In this document: piece by piece, positions 42,398 to 53,986 of the stretch | How positions within the stretch are numbered: the stretch's first letter is position 1 | Layout of the letters: every line of letters starts with the position of its first letter | Source: TPA_inf: Saccharomyces | Taxonomy: Eukaryota | Reading direction: 5' to 3' | Length of the DNA stretch: 64,000 nucleotides | NCBI GenBank assembly: GCA_000146045.2 | Contig: BK006946.2 | Coordinates: 32,001-96,000 of the forward strand | The notes under the pieces: generated by a model | What the model was told of the DNA's origin: nothing | The model's database searches: none | Seen by the model: only the letters and a program-made list of their open reading frames with translations | Translations under genes and position numbers: made by a program

Positions 42398-45040
42398 TTA
42401 TGATAGCATCAGATTCATTTCCCAATCTTTATAAACAGAATACCAATTATCGCCCGGCTCATCCTCTTTCCGTCGCCTCCAAACTTCCAACATTACTTGC
42501 CTGGCTCCCCAATAGGAGCCCACTCCACTTTCAGCTAATTTGGCTGCCCATCTTCTAAACTCTTGCTGTCTGTTTTCATCTGTGCAAGCACATCCTGCCA
42601 TGAAACCTTGCCAAATTAAAGGGACAATTTTCACTTTTTTTTGATCCACCAATTCTTCCATTGCATTTAAGTGATCTAATACTTTGGCAACATAGTTTTG
42701 TAGAAATTGGCAATTTAAACTTCTTGCCATTGTAAAATAATAAATAATTAAACTGAAATAAAAGCTCATTGTATGGTGATATAGTGCTTCAGCCGTTGAG
42801 TTTATGAAGCTTTTTCCCTCCGAATTTTCTTGATGGAAGTTCCATTCTGATTTCCATTTCAATAATCTTTTTTCGAAATTTAACGAGAGTTCATTAAATT
42901 TTCGGGGTACAGGTAGGTAAGTTAAATTATAATATTCATTATGTCTCACTATCCTAACACAGTCTGAAAATAGTAATATTAATGAATTAGGCAATCCATA
43001 GAGTGAATCTGTACCAATTATGTTTTCATCAGTCTTCGATACTAGCTTAGATATATCAGATTTATTATAGTAACTTTCTGTTGCTATGTTGGTAAAAATT
43101 GGAGGAGTGGTCGAAGATGGAGTAGAGTCAGCGGATACGTTTGTGATAGGCTCCTTAACGAATTCAATATGTATTTTGCCGTCATTTTCATTGAGTGCCT
43201 CTCTAAATAAACCTTCCTGCACAACGTCAACTCTTGGCTCACTGCTACTGGTAGTAGCGTTAGATGTATCTAATGGTTTGTAATTATCATCTTCTTCACT
43301 TGGTAAAATAACAATTTCCTTTGCCCTGACTTTATCCAACGCAGTGCTATCTTGAATTAACTTCAGAAACGAGAAAATCCTGTGTAAGGTTTTTGTCTTT
43401 TCAGAAATATTAGGTCTTAGTTTCATTCTTGACTCAACGAAGTCTTCACAAAGAGCCAAGTGATCCTGGCAATCTGCCATCGTCCCCCATACAACATCAA
43501 TAGAGTTCATAGATAAGATCGCAGTTAGTACGTCTTTATATTTCTCAGGTATGCTTGATTTTGTGTTCAAACATAATCTTAGAAAGTTCGAGGCTTGATT
43601 TCTCAATTCGATACCTAGGCCCAGAAAGTATTTTTGTAGTTTGTAGTTCCTTGGGTACTTGCTTTGCAAGTGGAAGCAAGAGACAGCAAGAAGAGCATTC
43701 AACAACGCATTCCTCGAGTTGGAGGATTGTCCCAAACCCGCTAAATCGCCTAATGCCATCAAGGCTCTGGGGAAGTATAATGTTTTCCATGGGTTCTTTT
43801 CGAGCACGACCACTGTCATTTTATCTGCAACATTATTAAAATAATGATTTAAAAGAAATCTCGCTAAACCATGTACGGTAAGGTCTGTTTTGGGTATAAT
43901 ATCTACCAATTCAGGTGGTAGGTCACTGGAATAGGATGTGAGTTCTAACATGGACTTAGGCATGCGTGATTCTTCATTTGGAGGAGCTAGAGTTATTTTA
44001 TTCAGATCAGATGCGGGCAGAGATCTTGGTTCAATATTGACGAACACATCGTCGATCAATGCTTGAGGGTCTGGTTCCTCACTGTTCGAAGAGTTTTTCT
44101 GGAAGAGTAACTTCAAGTTTTGCTGGTAAAGTTTATCATTGGCACTGGCTGCTTTATTAGGTAAAGTTGATGAACCTTGATTATCAGCCTCAAAGGCACA
44201 TCCATGTTCTTTGGCATTCACATGCTCTTCCCCACTCACGACATTAGAGTTTTCCTCTAATGAGATTTCTTGTGGCTGTGTGTGTCCTAAGTGATGTCCC
44301 TGTAAGGTCACCGCTGACAATAATGCATCATCTCTGAGTTCACTCGAGATCCATTCGTAACCTGTTATATTCAGATTGTTCCAGTCATAATCTAAAAGAT
44401 TTGGTGTTGGTGGAACACCATCATTAGCAGAGAGAATACCTGTCTTTACATGCCCTTTATTTCTCAACTTGTCTTCAATATGTCTAATTGGAAAGGAAAT
44501 AGTTGAAGAAGATGGTAAAGAAGATAACGAAATAGAAGCTGAGCTCTCCAAGCTTTTGGCAACTCTTTTCCTATTGCGCTTCTTCCTTGGAGCGTACTGC
44601 TTGTCGATCTTATCTGTTCCTTTAAACACCCCAAATTTCTTTATGATCCACGTCTTGTTATCGCTTATTTTCTCAATTGGGGGAGTATGCAGCATTGTTA
44701 GCTCATCATCCATATCTTCATGATACACGTATTCTTCATCATAGCGCACAAAATCGATGTTCCGTCGTTGGTATTGTGGTTCATCGACACTACCTGATAA
44801 GTTCGTAGTAGTTGCAGGAGAATTTTGTGGGATTGGGACACCGTACGGGTCAAATTGCATAGGCTTAGACCACCGGAGTTTGATATCATAACCGCCACAA
44901 GGCAAATTAGACTTTTCACATCGTTGGCAGTGGGGATGCCGAAGATCACACTTAACTTTTCTTCCTCTGCACGTCCAACACCCAGTAAACGTCTTTGCCC
45001 TTCCCATTTTTTTAGGGCCATTCTTGCTGGAAATTCCCAT
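42398..45040 (-). CDS. ARG81: Zn(II)2Cys6 binuclear-cluster transcription factor of arginine metabolism
   Basis: 880-aa ORF. The N-terminus 'CWTCRGRKVKCDLRHPHCQRCEKSNLPC' is a canonical Zn2Cys6 cluster. The length equals ARG81. Confidence 0.9.
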   Translation of the reverse strand: MGISSKNGPKKMGRAKTFTGCWTCRGRKVKCDLRHPHCQRCEKSNLPCGGYDIKLRWSKPMQFDPYGVPIPQNSPATTTNLSGSVDEPQYQRRNIDFVRYDEEYVYHEDMDDELTMLHTPPIEKISDNKTWIIKKFGVFKGTDKIDKQYAPRKKRNRKRVAKSLESSASISLSSLPSSSTISFPIRHIEDKLRNKGHVKTGILSANDGVPPTPNLLDYDWNNLNITGYEWISSELRDDALLSAVTLQGHHLGHTQPQEISLEENSNVVSGEEHVNAKEHGCAFEADNQGSSTLPNKAASANDKLYQQNLKLLFQKNSSNSEEPDPQALIDDVFVNIEPRSLPASDLNKITLAPPNEESRMPKSMLELTSYSSDLPPELVDIIPKTDLTVHGLARFLLNHYFNNVADKMTVVVLEKNPWKTLYFPRALMALGDLAGLGQSSNSRNALLNALLAVSCFHLQSKYPRNYKLQKYFLGLGIELRNQASNFLRLCLNTKSSIPEKYKDVLTAILSMNSIDVVWGTMADCQDHLALCEDFVESRMKLRPNISEKTKTLHRIFSFLKLIQDSTALDKVRAKEIVILPSEEDDNYKPLDTSNATTSSSEPRVDVVQEGLFREALNENDGKIHIEFVKEPITNVSADSTPSSTTPPIFTNIATESYYNKSDISKLVSKTDENIIGTDSLYGLPNSLILLFSDCVRIVRHNEYYNLTYLPVPRKFNELSLNFEKRLLKWKSEWNFHQENSEGKSFINSTAEALYHHTMSFYFSLIIYYFTMARSLNCQFLQNYVAKVLDHLNAMEELVDQKKVKIVPLIWQGFMAGCACTDENRQQEFRRWAAKLAESGVGSYWGARQVMLEVWRRRKEDEPGDNWYSVYKDWEMNLMLS

Positions 45041-45266
45041 TATATCTGCAACTTAAAATTTTCGAGGTACTGATATCGGTAACTATTGCCCACTAAAGCA
45101 TCAAATCTAAAAGAGATGCTTTTCGCAAGGTGTATTTTTTTTTCATTTATTTTTGAGTTCTAGCGGAAACCGCAGGCGAAGAGTCATTGATAACAAAGAA
45201 GGTTCATCAACAACTGCAACATGAAATCCAAAAGGTAACGGCAGGCGAGGGTGAGCTGGATAAGAT

Positions 45267-45770
45267 ATGTCTAGGAAGCTGAAAAAAACGAATCTGTTTA
45301 ACAAGGATGTAAGTTCCTTGCTTTACGCTTACGGCGATGTGCCGCAGCCACTACAAGCTACTGTGCAGTGTTTGGATGAATTGGTATCTGGATATTTGGT
45401 GGATGTTTGTACTAACGCATTCCATACAGCCCAGAATTCTCAGCGCAATAAGCTCCGATTGGAAGATTTCAAGTTTGCCCTCCGTAAAGACCCGATAAAG
45501 CTTGGGAGAGCAGAAGAACTGATAGCTACTAATAAGTTGATTACGGAAGCTAAGAAGCAGTTCAATGAGACAGACAATCAAAATTCATTAAAGAGGTACA
45601 GAGAAGAGGATGAAGAGGGTGACGAGATGGAAGAGGATGAGGATGAGCAGCAGGTGACGGATGATGATGAGGAAGCAGCGGGCCGTAATAGCGCTAAACA
45701 ATCAACAGATTCGAAGGCAACAAAGATTAGGAAGCAGGGGCCTAAAAACCTCAAGAAAACAAAAAAATGA
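45267..45770 (+). CDS. TAF13: TFIID subunit TAF13 (histone-fold, H4-like partner of TAF11)
   Basis: 167-aa ORF. It has a histone-fold region followed by an acidic tail (EEDEEGDEMEEDEDEQQ). The length equals TAF13. Confidence 0.88.
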   Translation: MSRKLKKTNLFNKDVSSLLYAYGDVPQPLQATVQCLDELVSGYLVDVCTNAFHTAQNSQRNKLRLEDFKFALRKDPIKLGRAEELIATNKLITEAKKQFNETDNQNSLKRYREEDEEGDEMEEDEDEQQVTDDDEEAAGRNSAKQSTDSKATKIRKQGPKNLKKTKK

Positions 45771-46334
45771 TATAGCTACTTGGCAGGCCCGTTTACGTAG
45801 GCTTGATTCAGATATACGTAGTACATATGTCCCTTTGATTTATTAATTAGGCGTTTGCTCTATAAAAGGGGTTTTGAGTTTGCGTTGGTGCTGAACAAAA
45901 ACACTTGTCATTACAATGGCACAATTTTGAATGCATTGTTTTCTTATTTATATATTTTTCCAAGTAAAATCTTAGGATTCAACTGGTACATTTATTCTTT
46001 TAGATTCAAAAACCCTGCTACATTAGTAACGGCAAACTCCTCCCTCTGATAGTTGTGTTGCAATACTCAGCTGTCAGCATTGGATAGTTAAGATGTATTG
46101 TTAAGTCACCGCCTGAAACAGCAACTTAAGCTCCCTTCTGTGCTTAGGAAGGTACGTGCGCCTCCTAACCCATCTATTATTTGATTCTAAGTCACAACGA
46201 GCCTGTACTAACGAGTTTTAGAAGCGATCGTTATCAGTAAAAAATGTCTCCTGCGGTAAGTTATTTTTACTATTATATTTTTACAAATACATATTGCTAG
46301 GCTACTCTATACATGAAATATGTGCATGAGATCA

Positions 46335-47690
46335 TTATTCTGACAGAGAAAGTAGAGCATCAACACAGGGCCCAATACGCGATTTTTTAGCAATACAAAC
46401 ATCCTCTATCAGGCTTGGGTCCATATCTGGAAACATATTCTGTAATGTGTTCAACGTGTCCTTTCGTTCGTTCTCTTCAATTTTCTTAATTAACGAAGAA
46501 ACGTCTTCTTCTTTATTGCTCTGTTCAGATTTCAATGCCTCTTCTTGTGTGGGCTCTCCAATTGGAGAAAACAGTTCATTGAATTTAGAAATTACAATAT
46601 TGGTAACTTCGTCTAAGGGTTTCAGTAAAGTGCCGTTTGGCTGTAACTCATCCGGAATCTCTAGTTGTTTTTTCTTCTCTTCTTCCTCTTTTTCTTCTGC
46701 TAGTTGTTTAAAATTTCTTTGGTATGCCTCTTCAAAATCTTCGTGATCTTCGATAGTTAAAGAACGTTCAGTCAAGTTCATAATGAAGTTAAGAGCAGCC
46801 TGAAGACTGCTCAAGTAATATTCCTCTTCGCCCCGAATGAAGTCTGGTGATCTGAATCTTTCGATGTAGTTCACATTCGAAACTAGATATCGTACTTGTC
46901 CTTTCAAAATACAGTATATTAGCACAGGTATAAAGCTGTCAGCGCCATTTTGTTCCAACTTGGTATGTTTTAGTAAACCAAATATAACCTTGCTTGCATT
47001 CAAAACGCAAACCATCTTGTCCCTTGGTGACTTAAACCTATTTATTTTGCCCAACTCTTTACTGGCCAAATGGACAAACTTATTCAGCCTGGCATTCGGC
47101 ATAGTATCAGGAATATCTAACATAATGGGGCTTATGAATCTATAATGCCTAATCTTTTCTAGTAATGTGTCATCGTTGGTTAAATCTTTCATATGCTCAT
47201 CGTCTAATGGTTTCTGCAGAATTTCATAAAGACTTGGTGAAAAACAGCGAGAATATAGTTTCCCCATTATTAACTTTTCCATACCTTCCTTGGCATTTCT
47301 CATCTTGGAATTGTCAAGACTTCGGAAAGGCTCGTAAAGAGTGAATTTATCGTAAATGAAGGTCTTAAAGTCACTGATGAGTTTTATTTCTTCGCTGACC
47401 GTCCATAGAAGTCTTTGCGCCAAGAAGTTACGTAAGAATGATTTCGTATATTTAACCAGAGGATCTGCACCAGGAGTCTGAAGCTGCTTAATGAATATTT
47501 GAAAGTCATAAAATGGCTCCTCATCTCCTTTGTCCTGCGCGGATATGTCCCTATTAGTTTCTTCTGCCGCTGCCCTATTAGGATCATCCTTTTTAAACTT
47601 CACATCTTTATCTGGGTTGCCATTTGCCTGTTCCAATTGGCTGAAAGGATCAAATTCTTTCAATATCTCCCTCTTTTCATCATCAGTCAT
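46335..47690 (-). CDS. VPS9: Rab5-family GEF with Vps9 domain and C-terminal CUE domain
   Basis: The ORF is open to 47735 (466 aa). The recalled 451-aa product starts at the internal Met 'MTDDEKREI'. It has Vps9-domain motifs and a C-terminal CUE domain ('[32 protein letters not shown]'). Confidence 0.88.
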
Positions 47691-47908
47691 GGCTGTTGAT
47701 TCCTGTTCTTTGTTGTTTGATGAAGAGAAACTCAAGCCCGTTGGATGTAGAACTTTTCAATGTTATGTGTCATTACATCAAGTACCGGCAGCTTGATATA
47801 GCCCATTCGCGAAAAAAATAATAAAAAAGAAAGAAAAGTGAAAAATATTAAGGCATCGGAAAGTTCCAGATTTAGTAAAGCCTTGAGCATCTGGCATTAC
47901 TATGAGAC

Positions 47909-49486
47909 ATGTGCGGGATTCTATTGCATTATTGTCCAAACAATAACTACCTGAATGATGAGTTAATCGAATTTCCAGAAGGAACTGAATTTGGAGATAC
48001 AACATGTACCAATGAATCGTCGATTTTCAACAAAATCATTCCGTACATAGCCGCAAGAGGTCCAAACTACTCCTCTCTTCGAGCTGTCAAAGCTTATCGA
48101 ATAAGTTGGTTTTCTTCTGTTTTATCTTTGAGGCAGCCTTTCACGAAACAGAGTATTAACGTGGATGACAGATATTTCCTACAATTCAATGGTGAGTTAT
48201 ACAATAAAGAGATATCGCAGGGTGATAATGATAGTCTTTATATTGCTTCTATGTTGCAGAATTTGAAAGAGGGTATGGGCGTTATTGATGTTATAAAATC
48301 ACTGGAAGGCGAGTATGCTTATACTATATATGACGTGAACTCATCCAAACTCTATTTCGGCAGAGATCCAATTGGCAGGCGAAGTTTGTCTTATTCGGTC
48401 ACTCCAGACAACGAATTGTACGTCGCTAGTGTAACGGGGTCTGCTGGGTCCTTTCAAGATTGTATAGGTGGAGTTATTTATGAATATGATACACGAACTA
48501 AGTTGTTAAATTCCAATCAGAGGTCACATCTTCCATACGAAGTGACATCAGAGATAGATCTGAATTTCACATCATTGTCAGAGGTGTCTAAAAATTTATA
48601 TGCTGTGCTACGTGATTCTGTAAAAAAAAGGGTAGAGTCCATACATCCCAGGCATATTGAAAACTCTCCTATTGCGGTACTATTCTCAGGAGGAATTGAT
48701 TGTTCAGTAATAGTAGCGTTGATCTGCGAGGTGTTGCAAGAAAATGATTATAAATGTGGAAAACCAGTTATAGAGCTTCTAAATGTATCCTTCGAAAACC
48801 CCAGGACTGGTCTTTTTCCCAGTGATACACCTGATAGAAAACTGTCCATTAACAGTGCAAAGACTTTACAAAACTTATATCCTAATGTTGATATCAAACT
48901 GGTTGAAGTTGACGTTCCTTATGATGAGTATTTAAAATGGAAGCCATTTGTTATCAATTTAATGTATCCTAAACAGACTGAAATGGACTTGTCTATAGCC
49001 ATTGCTTTTTTTTTTGCGTCGAGAGGTAGAGGTTTCTTAACTTCTCTGAATGGGGAAAGAACGCCATATCAGCGCCATGGGATAGTGTTATTCAGCGGAC
49101 TGGGAGCAGACGAACTCTACGGTGGATATCACAAGTTTGCCAACAAACCACCCCATGAACTTGTGGAGGAACTTACAAGGCAAATAAACAACATTTATGA
49201 TCGCAACCTGAATCGTGATGATAAAGTGATAGCTCATAATGGCGTGGAGGTGAGATACCCATTTTTAGATGAATATGTTATAAAGTTATCTACAGCAGAA
49301 ATTCCCATTAATTTCAAGGTTAACAAATTAATCCTTCGAAAAGTTGCCTCGCAGTATTTGAAGTTGGATGGAATATCATCAGAACCAAAAAGGGCCATTC
49401 AATTCGGTGCTAAAAGCGCTAAAATGACAAAGGATGGTAATAAGCATGGAACAGATTTATTAAAAGAAAATAGGAATTGTTCATAA
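47909..49486 (+). CDS. Asparagine-synthetase-like protein (class-II glutamine amidotransferase N-terminus plus PP-loop ATP pyrophosphatase domain)
   Basis: 525-aa ORF. It has an N-terminal 'MCGI' (Ntn nucleophile Cys2) and the PP-loop motif 'FSGGIDCSV' (SGGxDS). It matches the uncharacterised YML096W. Confidence 0.85.
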   Translation: MCGILLHYCPNNNYLNDELIEFPEGTEFGDTTCTNESSIFNKIIPYIAARGPNYSSLRAVKAYRISWFSSVLSLRQPFTKQSINVDDRYFLQFNGELYNKEISQGDNDSLYIASMLQNLKEGMGVIDVIKSLEGEYAYTIYDVNSSKLYFGRDPIGRRSLSYSVTPDNELYVASVTGSAGSFQDCIGGVIYEYDTRTKLLNSNQRSHLPYEVTSEIDLNFTSLSEVSKNLYAVLRDSVKKRVESIHPRHIENSPIAVLFSGGIDCSVIVALICEVLQENDYKCGKPVIELLNVSFENPRTGLFPSDTPDRKLSINSAKTLQNLYPNVDIKLVEVDVPYDEYLKWKPFVINLMYPKQTEMDLSIAIAFFFASRGRGFLTSLNGERTPYQRHGIVLFSGLGADELYGGYHKFANKPPHELVEELTRQINNIYDRNLNRDDKVIAHNGVEVRYPFLDEYVIKLSTAEIPINFKVNKLILRKVASQYLKLDGISSEPKRAIQFGAKSAKMTKDGNKHGTDLLKENRNCS

Positions 49487-50113
49487 ATTCAAATATTCAA
49501 TATATTTTGCAGCTTGTTCAAAATTAAATGCTAAAAGTAGAGTAAATCCGTTGAACATACATAGTTTTGTAATGTCATTAAGGGTATCTTCAGAGTTGTT
49601 ATCGTCTACTATGAATATCAGTATATTATTTTCGTTTCTAGATAAGGGCTGCATTCTCCTAGAGATATAATCGACATATAATTTGTGATAAGTCAAAGTT
49701 AAGAACAGTACACTTCTTCCACGAACTAGATAGTCGTAGTATATCATATTAATTCCTGTTGAAGATACATATCTCCAATTGGTGCTCTTTAAGTGGTTCA
49801 GGAGTGGATTTTCTTTTTGGGTAGTGTTCACTAGTACAGTTTTTCCCGGTCGAGTACTCCTGAAGGGTCTCTTTCGATTATAGTCATCTGTAGCCTTTGA
49901 GTCGGTCCATTCTTCCGGTTTTTGCTGATTGAAGGCGTTTATGACCTGGTTTGAATTTATGCGTCTTGATGTTTGCGGTTCCTGCTGCTGGAGTTTTGAT
50001 GCATCTATTTCTAACGATTGAGATCCAGTAGTATCTGCACCACTCTTTTCCTTTCTCAATTTGGCCACACCAGCCAATATACTTTCAAATGAAGTAGGAT
50101 CAGTATTGTTCAT
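49481..50113 (-). CDS. RAD10: Nucleotide-excision-repair endonuclease subunit (ERCC1 homologue, partner of Rad1)
   Basis: 210-aa ORF with an ERCC1-like central domain. The length equals RAD10. Its 3' end overlaps YML096W by 6 bp: the TGA stop is the reverse complement of YML096W's last Ser codon, TCA. Confidence 0.88.
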   Translation of the reverse strand: MNNTDPTSFESILAGVAKLRKEKSGADTTGSQSLEIDASKLQQQEPQTSRRINSNQVINAFNQQKPEEWTDSKATDDYNRKRPFRSTRPGKTVLVNTTQKENPLLNHLKSTNWRYVSSTGINMIYYDYLVRGRSVLFLTLTYHKLYVDYISRRMQPLSRNENNILIFIVDDNNSEDTLNDITKLCMFNGFTLLLAFNFEQAAKYIEYLNL

Positions 50114-50274
50114 CTTCTAGGATAACCAACTTTGTTTATGCCCTTTTTTGTGTTGCGTGGCTGTCTCATAAGTTACAATTTTCTTTTTTGTTCTAACGAT
50201 TTTAAATAGAAAAGTGTCTTAGATGAAAATCTTGCTGTGACCCAAACAAGAAAGAGCACTGTAAAAATCAAGCC

Positions 50275-50849
<575 letters not shown>

Positions 50850-50973
50850 GTAACTCTTTTGCTTTTCCTACGATTTTTCATATCTCATTTGTAGCCATCT
50901 GATATACGTTTATCTATATGCAACGTAATTTTTTATTTATCGTCACTTTGTAGTTTTCCGGAAAAGGCCATTG

Positions 50974-51004
50974 AAAATTTTTCAAATTCCTATGGCGATG
51001 AGCT
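50974..51004 (+). promoter_or_regulatory. Ribosome-biogenesis promoter motifs upstream of UTP14: RRPE (AAAATTTTT) and PAC (GCGATGAGCT)
   Basis: AAAATTTTT at 50974–50982 and GCGATGAGCT at 50995–51004. These lie 86–116 bp upstream of the UTP14 ATG. The PAC/RRPE pairing and spacing are typical of RiBi-regulon genes. Confidence 0.8.
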
Positions 51005-51089
51005 GAAAAAATTCATTAAGTGTGCATTCAATAACATCTTGTTATATACTAATAAAAGAGGCTTCAAGACAAAATAAGCTAACTTAAAT

Positions 51090-53789
51090 ATGGCAAAAAA
51101 GAAATCTAAGAGCAGATCCAAGAGTTCTAGAAGAGTTTTGGATGCTTTGCAACTTGCTGAGAGAGAAATTAATGGTGAATTCGATAACTCCAGCGACAAT
51201 GACAAAAGACATGATGCTCGTCGTAATGGTACAGTTGTCAACTTGTTAAAAAGGTCAAAAGGTGACACTAACAGTGATGAAGATGATATCGATTCTGAGT
51301 CGTTTGAAGATGAGGAGTTGAACTCTGATGAAGCGTTGGGCTCTGATGATGACTATGACATTTTGAATTCCAAATTCTCACAAACTATTCGTGACAAGAA
51401 GGAGAATGCAAACTACCAAGAAGAAGAGGATGAAGGTGGGTATACTTCCATTGATGAAGAAGATTTGATGCCACTGTCTCAAGTGTGGGACATGGATGAG
51501 AAAACCGCACAGAGTAACGGCAATGATGACGAAGACGCTTCTCCACAATTAAAATTGCAAGATACAGATATAAGTTCCGAATCAAGCAGTTCCGAAGAAA
51601 GCGAATCGGAATCTGAAGATGATGAAGAGGAAGAGGATCCCTTCGACGAAATATCTGAAGATGAAGAAGACATCGAATTGAATACAATTACCTCAAAACT
51701 GATTGATGAAACCAAAAGTAAAGCTCCAAAGAGACTAGATACGTATGGCTCAGGTGAGGCCAATGAGTATGTTTTGCCCTCTGCAAATGCAGCTAGTGGA
51801 GCTTCTGGGAAATTGAGTTTGACGGATATGATGAACGTTATTGATGACAGGCAAGTTATTGAAAACGCTAACTTGCTTAAGGGTAAGTCGTCGACGTATG
51901 AAGTTCCGCTACCACAACGTATCCAACAAAGACACGATCGTAAGGCAGCATACGAGATCTCTAGGCAAGAAGTGAGTAAGTGGAATGATATCGTCCAACA
52001 GAACAGAAGGGCTGATCATTTAATCTTCCCGCTGAACAAACCCACCGAACATAACCACGCCTCGGCTTTCACTAGAACTCAAGATGTTCCTCAAACAGAA
52101 TTACAGGAGAAGGTAGATCAAGTTCTTCAAGAGAGTAATTTAGCGAACCCAGAAAAAGACTCAAAGTTTGAAGAGTTGAGCACTGCTAAAATGACACCCG
52201 AGGAGATGAGAAAGAGGACTACCGAAATGAGATTGATGAGAGAATTGATGTTTAGAGAAGAAAGAAAAGCTAGGAGGTTGAAGAAAATAAAATCTAAGAC
52301 ATATCGTAAGATCAAGAAAAAGGAATTGATGAAAAATAGAGAGCTAGCTGCTGTTTCCAGCGACGAAGACAACGAAGATCATGATATCGCTAGGGCTAAA
52401 GAAAGAATGACTCTAAAACACAAGACAAATTCCAAGTGGGCTAAAGATATGATCAAACATGGTATGACAAATGACGCTGAAACCAGAGAAGAAATGGAAG
52501 AGATGCTAAGACAAGGTGAACGTTTAAAGGCAAAAATGTTGGATAGAAATTCTGATGATGAAGAGGATGGTCGTGTGCAAACATTAAGTGATGTTGAAAA
52601 TGAGGAGAAAGAGAATATAGACTCAGAAGCATTGAAGAGTAAATTGGGTAAAACTGGCGTAATGAATATGGCCTTTATGAAGAATGGTGAAGCTAGAGAA
52701 AGAGAGGCGAACAAAGAAACCTTACGTCAATTAAGGGCCGTTGAAAATGGTGATGATATTAAGCTCTTCGAAAGTGACGAGGAAGAGACGAATGGAGAGA
52801 ATATTCAAATAAATAAGGGCAGAAGAATATATACCCCAGGTTCCTTGGAATCCAACAAAGACATGAATGAACTAAATGACCACACTAGAAAAGAGAATAA
52901 AGTTGACGAATCAAGAAGTTTGGAAAACCGACTAAGGGCCAAGAATAGTGGGCAATCGAAAAATGCAAGAACTAACGCAGAAGGCGCAATAATTGTGGAG
53001 GAGGAAAGTGATGGTGAACCTCTTCAAGACGGTCAGAATAATCAACAGGATGAAGAAGCAAAAGATGTTAATCCTTGGTTAGCTAATGAAAGTGATGAAG
53101 AACACACTGTCAAGAAACAATCTTCCAAAGTTAACGTTATTGACAAAGACAGTTCTAAAAATGTTAAGGCCATGAACAAAATGGAGAAAGCTGAGCTAAA
53201 GCAAAAGAAAAAGAAGAAAGGTAAGTCAAACGATGATGAAGATCTCTTGTTGACGGCGGATGATTCTACACGGCTAAAGATAGTCGATCCATATGGTGGT
53301 TCTGATGACGAACAAGGGGATAATGTATTCATGTTCAAGCAGCAAGACGTCATTGCGGAAGCCTTTGCTGGCGACGACGTGGTAGCAGAATTTCAGGAGG
53401 AAAAGAAACGTGTCATTGATGATGAAGATGATAAAGAAGTTGATACCACTTTACCTGGTTGGGGTGAATGGGCCGGTGCAGGTTCTAAACCAAAAAATAA
53501 GAAGCGTAAATTCATCAAAAAGGTTAAGGGTGTTGTTAATAAAGACAAAAGAAGAGATAAGAATCTACAAAATGTGATCATAAATGAAAAAGTTAATAAG
53601 AAAAACTTGAAATACCAATCTTCAGCGGTACCATTCCCATTCGAAAATAGAGAACAATATGAAAGATCTTTACGTATGCCGATAGGTCAAGAATGGACAT
53701 CCAGAGCATCTCATCAAGAGCTTATCAAACCGAGAATCATGACTAAGCCAGGCCAAGTTATTGATCCTTTGAAGGCACCATTTAAGTAA
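51090..53789 (+). CDS. UTP14: SSU-processome / U3 snoRNP component (Utp14 family)
   Basis: 899-aa ORF. It is highly charged (K/E/D-rich) with Utp14 family regions. The promoter carries PAC and RRPE motifs, listed separately. The length equals UTP14. Confidence 0.88.
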   Translation: MAKKKSKSRSKSSRRVLDALQLAEREINGEFDNSSDNDKRHDARRNGTVVNLLKRSKGDTNSDEDDIDSESFEDEELNSDEALGSDDDYDILNSKFSQTIRDKKENANYQEEEDEGGYTSIDEEDLMPLSQVWDMDEKTAQSNGNDDEDASPQLKLQDTDISSESSSSEESESESEDDEEEEDPFDEISEDEEDIELNTITSKLIDETKSKAPKRLDTYGSGEANEYVLPSANAASGASGKLSLTDMMNVIDDRQVIENANLLKGKSSTYEVPLPQRIQQRHDRKAAYEISRQEVSKWNDIVQQNRRADHLIFPLNKPTEHNHASAFTRTQDVPQTELQEKVDQVLQESNLANPEKDSKFEELSTAKMTPEEMRKRTTEMRLMRELMFREERKARRLKKIKSKTYRKIKKKELMKNRELAAVSSDEDNEDHDIARAKERMTLKHKTNSKWAKDMIKHGMTNDAETREEMEEMLRQGERLKAKMLDRNSDDEEDGRVQTLSDVENEEKENIDSEALKSKLGKTGVMNMAFMKNGEAREREANKETLRQLRAVENGDDIKLFESDEEETNGENIQINKGRRIYTPGSLESNKDMNELNDHTRKENKVDESRSLENRLRAKNSGQSKNARTNAEGAIIVEEESDGEPLQDGQNNQQDEEAKDVNPWLANESDEEHTVKKQSSKVNVIDKDSSKNVKAMNKMEKAELKQKKKKKGKSNDDEDLLLTADDSTRLKIVDPYGGSDDEQGDNVFMFKQQDVIAEAFAGDDVVAEFQEEKKRVIDDEDDKEVDTTLPGWGEWAGAGSKPKNKKRKFIKKVKGVVNKDKRRDKNLQNVIINEKVNKKNLKYQSSAVPFPFENREQYERSLRMPIGQEWTSRASHQELIKPRIMTKPGQVIDPLKAPFK

Positions 53790-53986
53790 CTGATATTTAT
53801 TGGTGGTAAAAAAATGCATATGTGGCACATTCCACTTTTTATATCTATTTATTATGCATTGTGTAGAATAGTAATACTGGAATAATTAGAAAAAAATCAT
53901 TTAAAGGTTATGTAAGTTATATACACAATTGGCTTTCTTTTGGATAAGTTGAGTGAGATGGGTGATTGGCGGGGATAATTATAACA

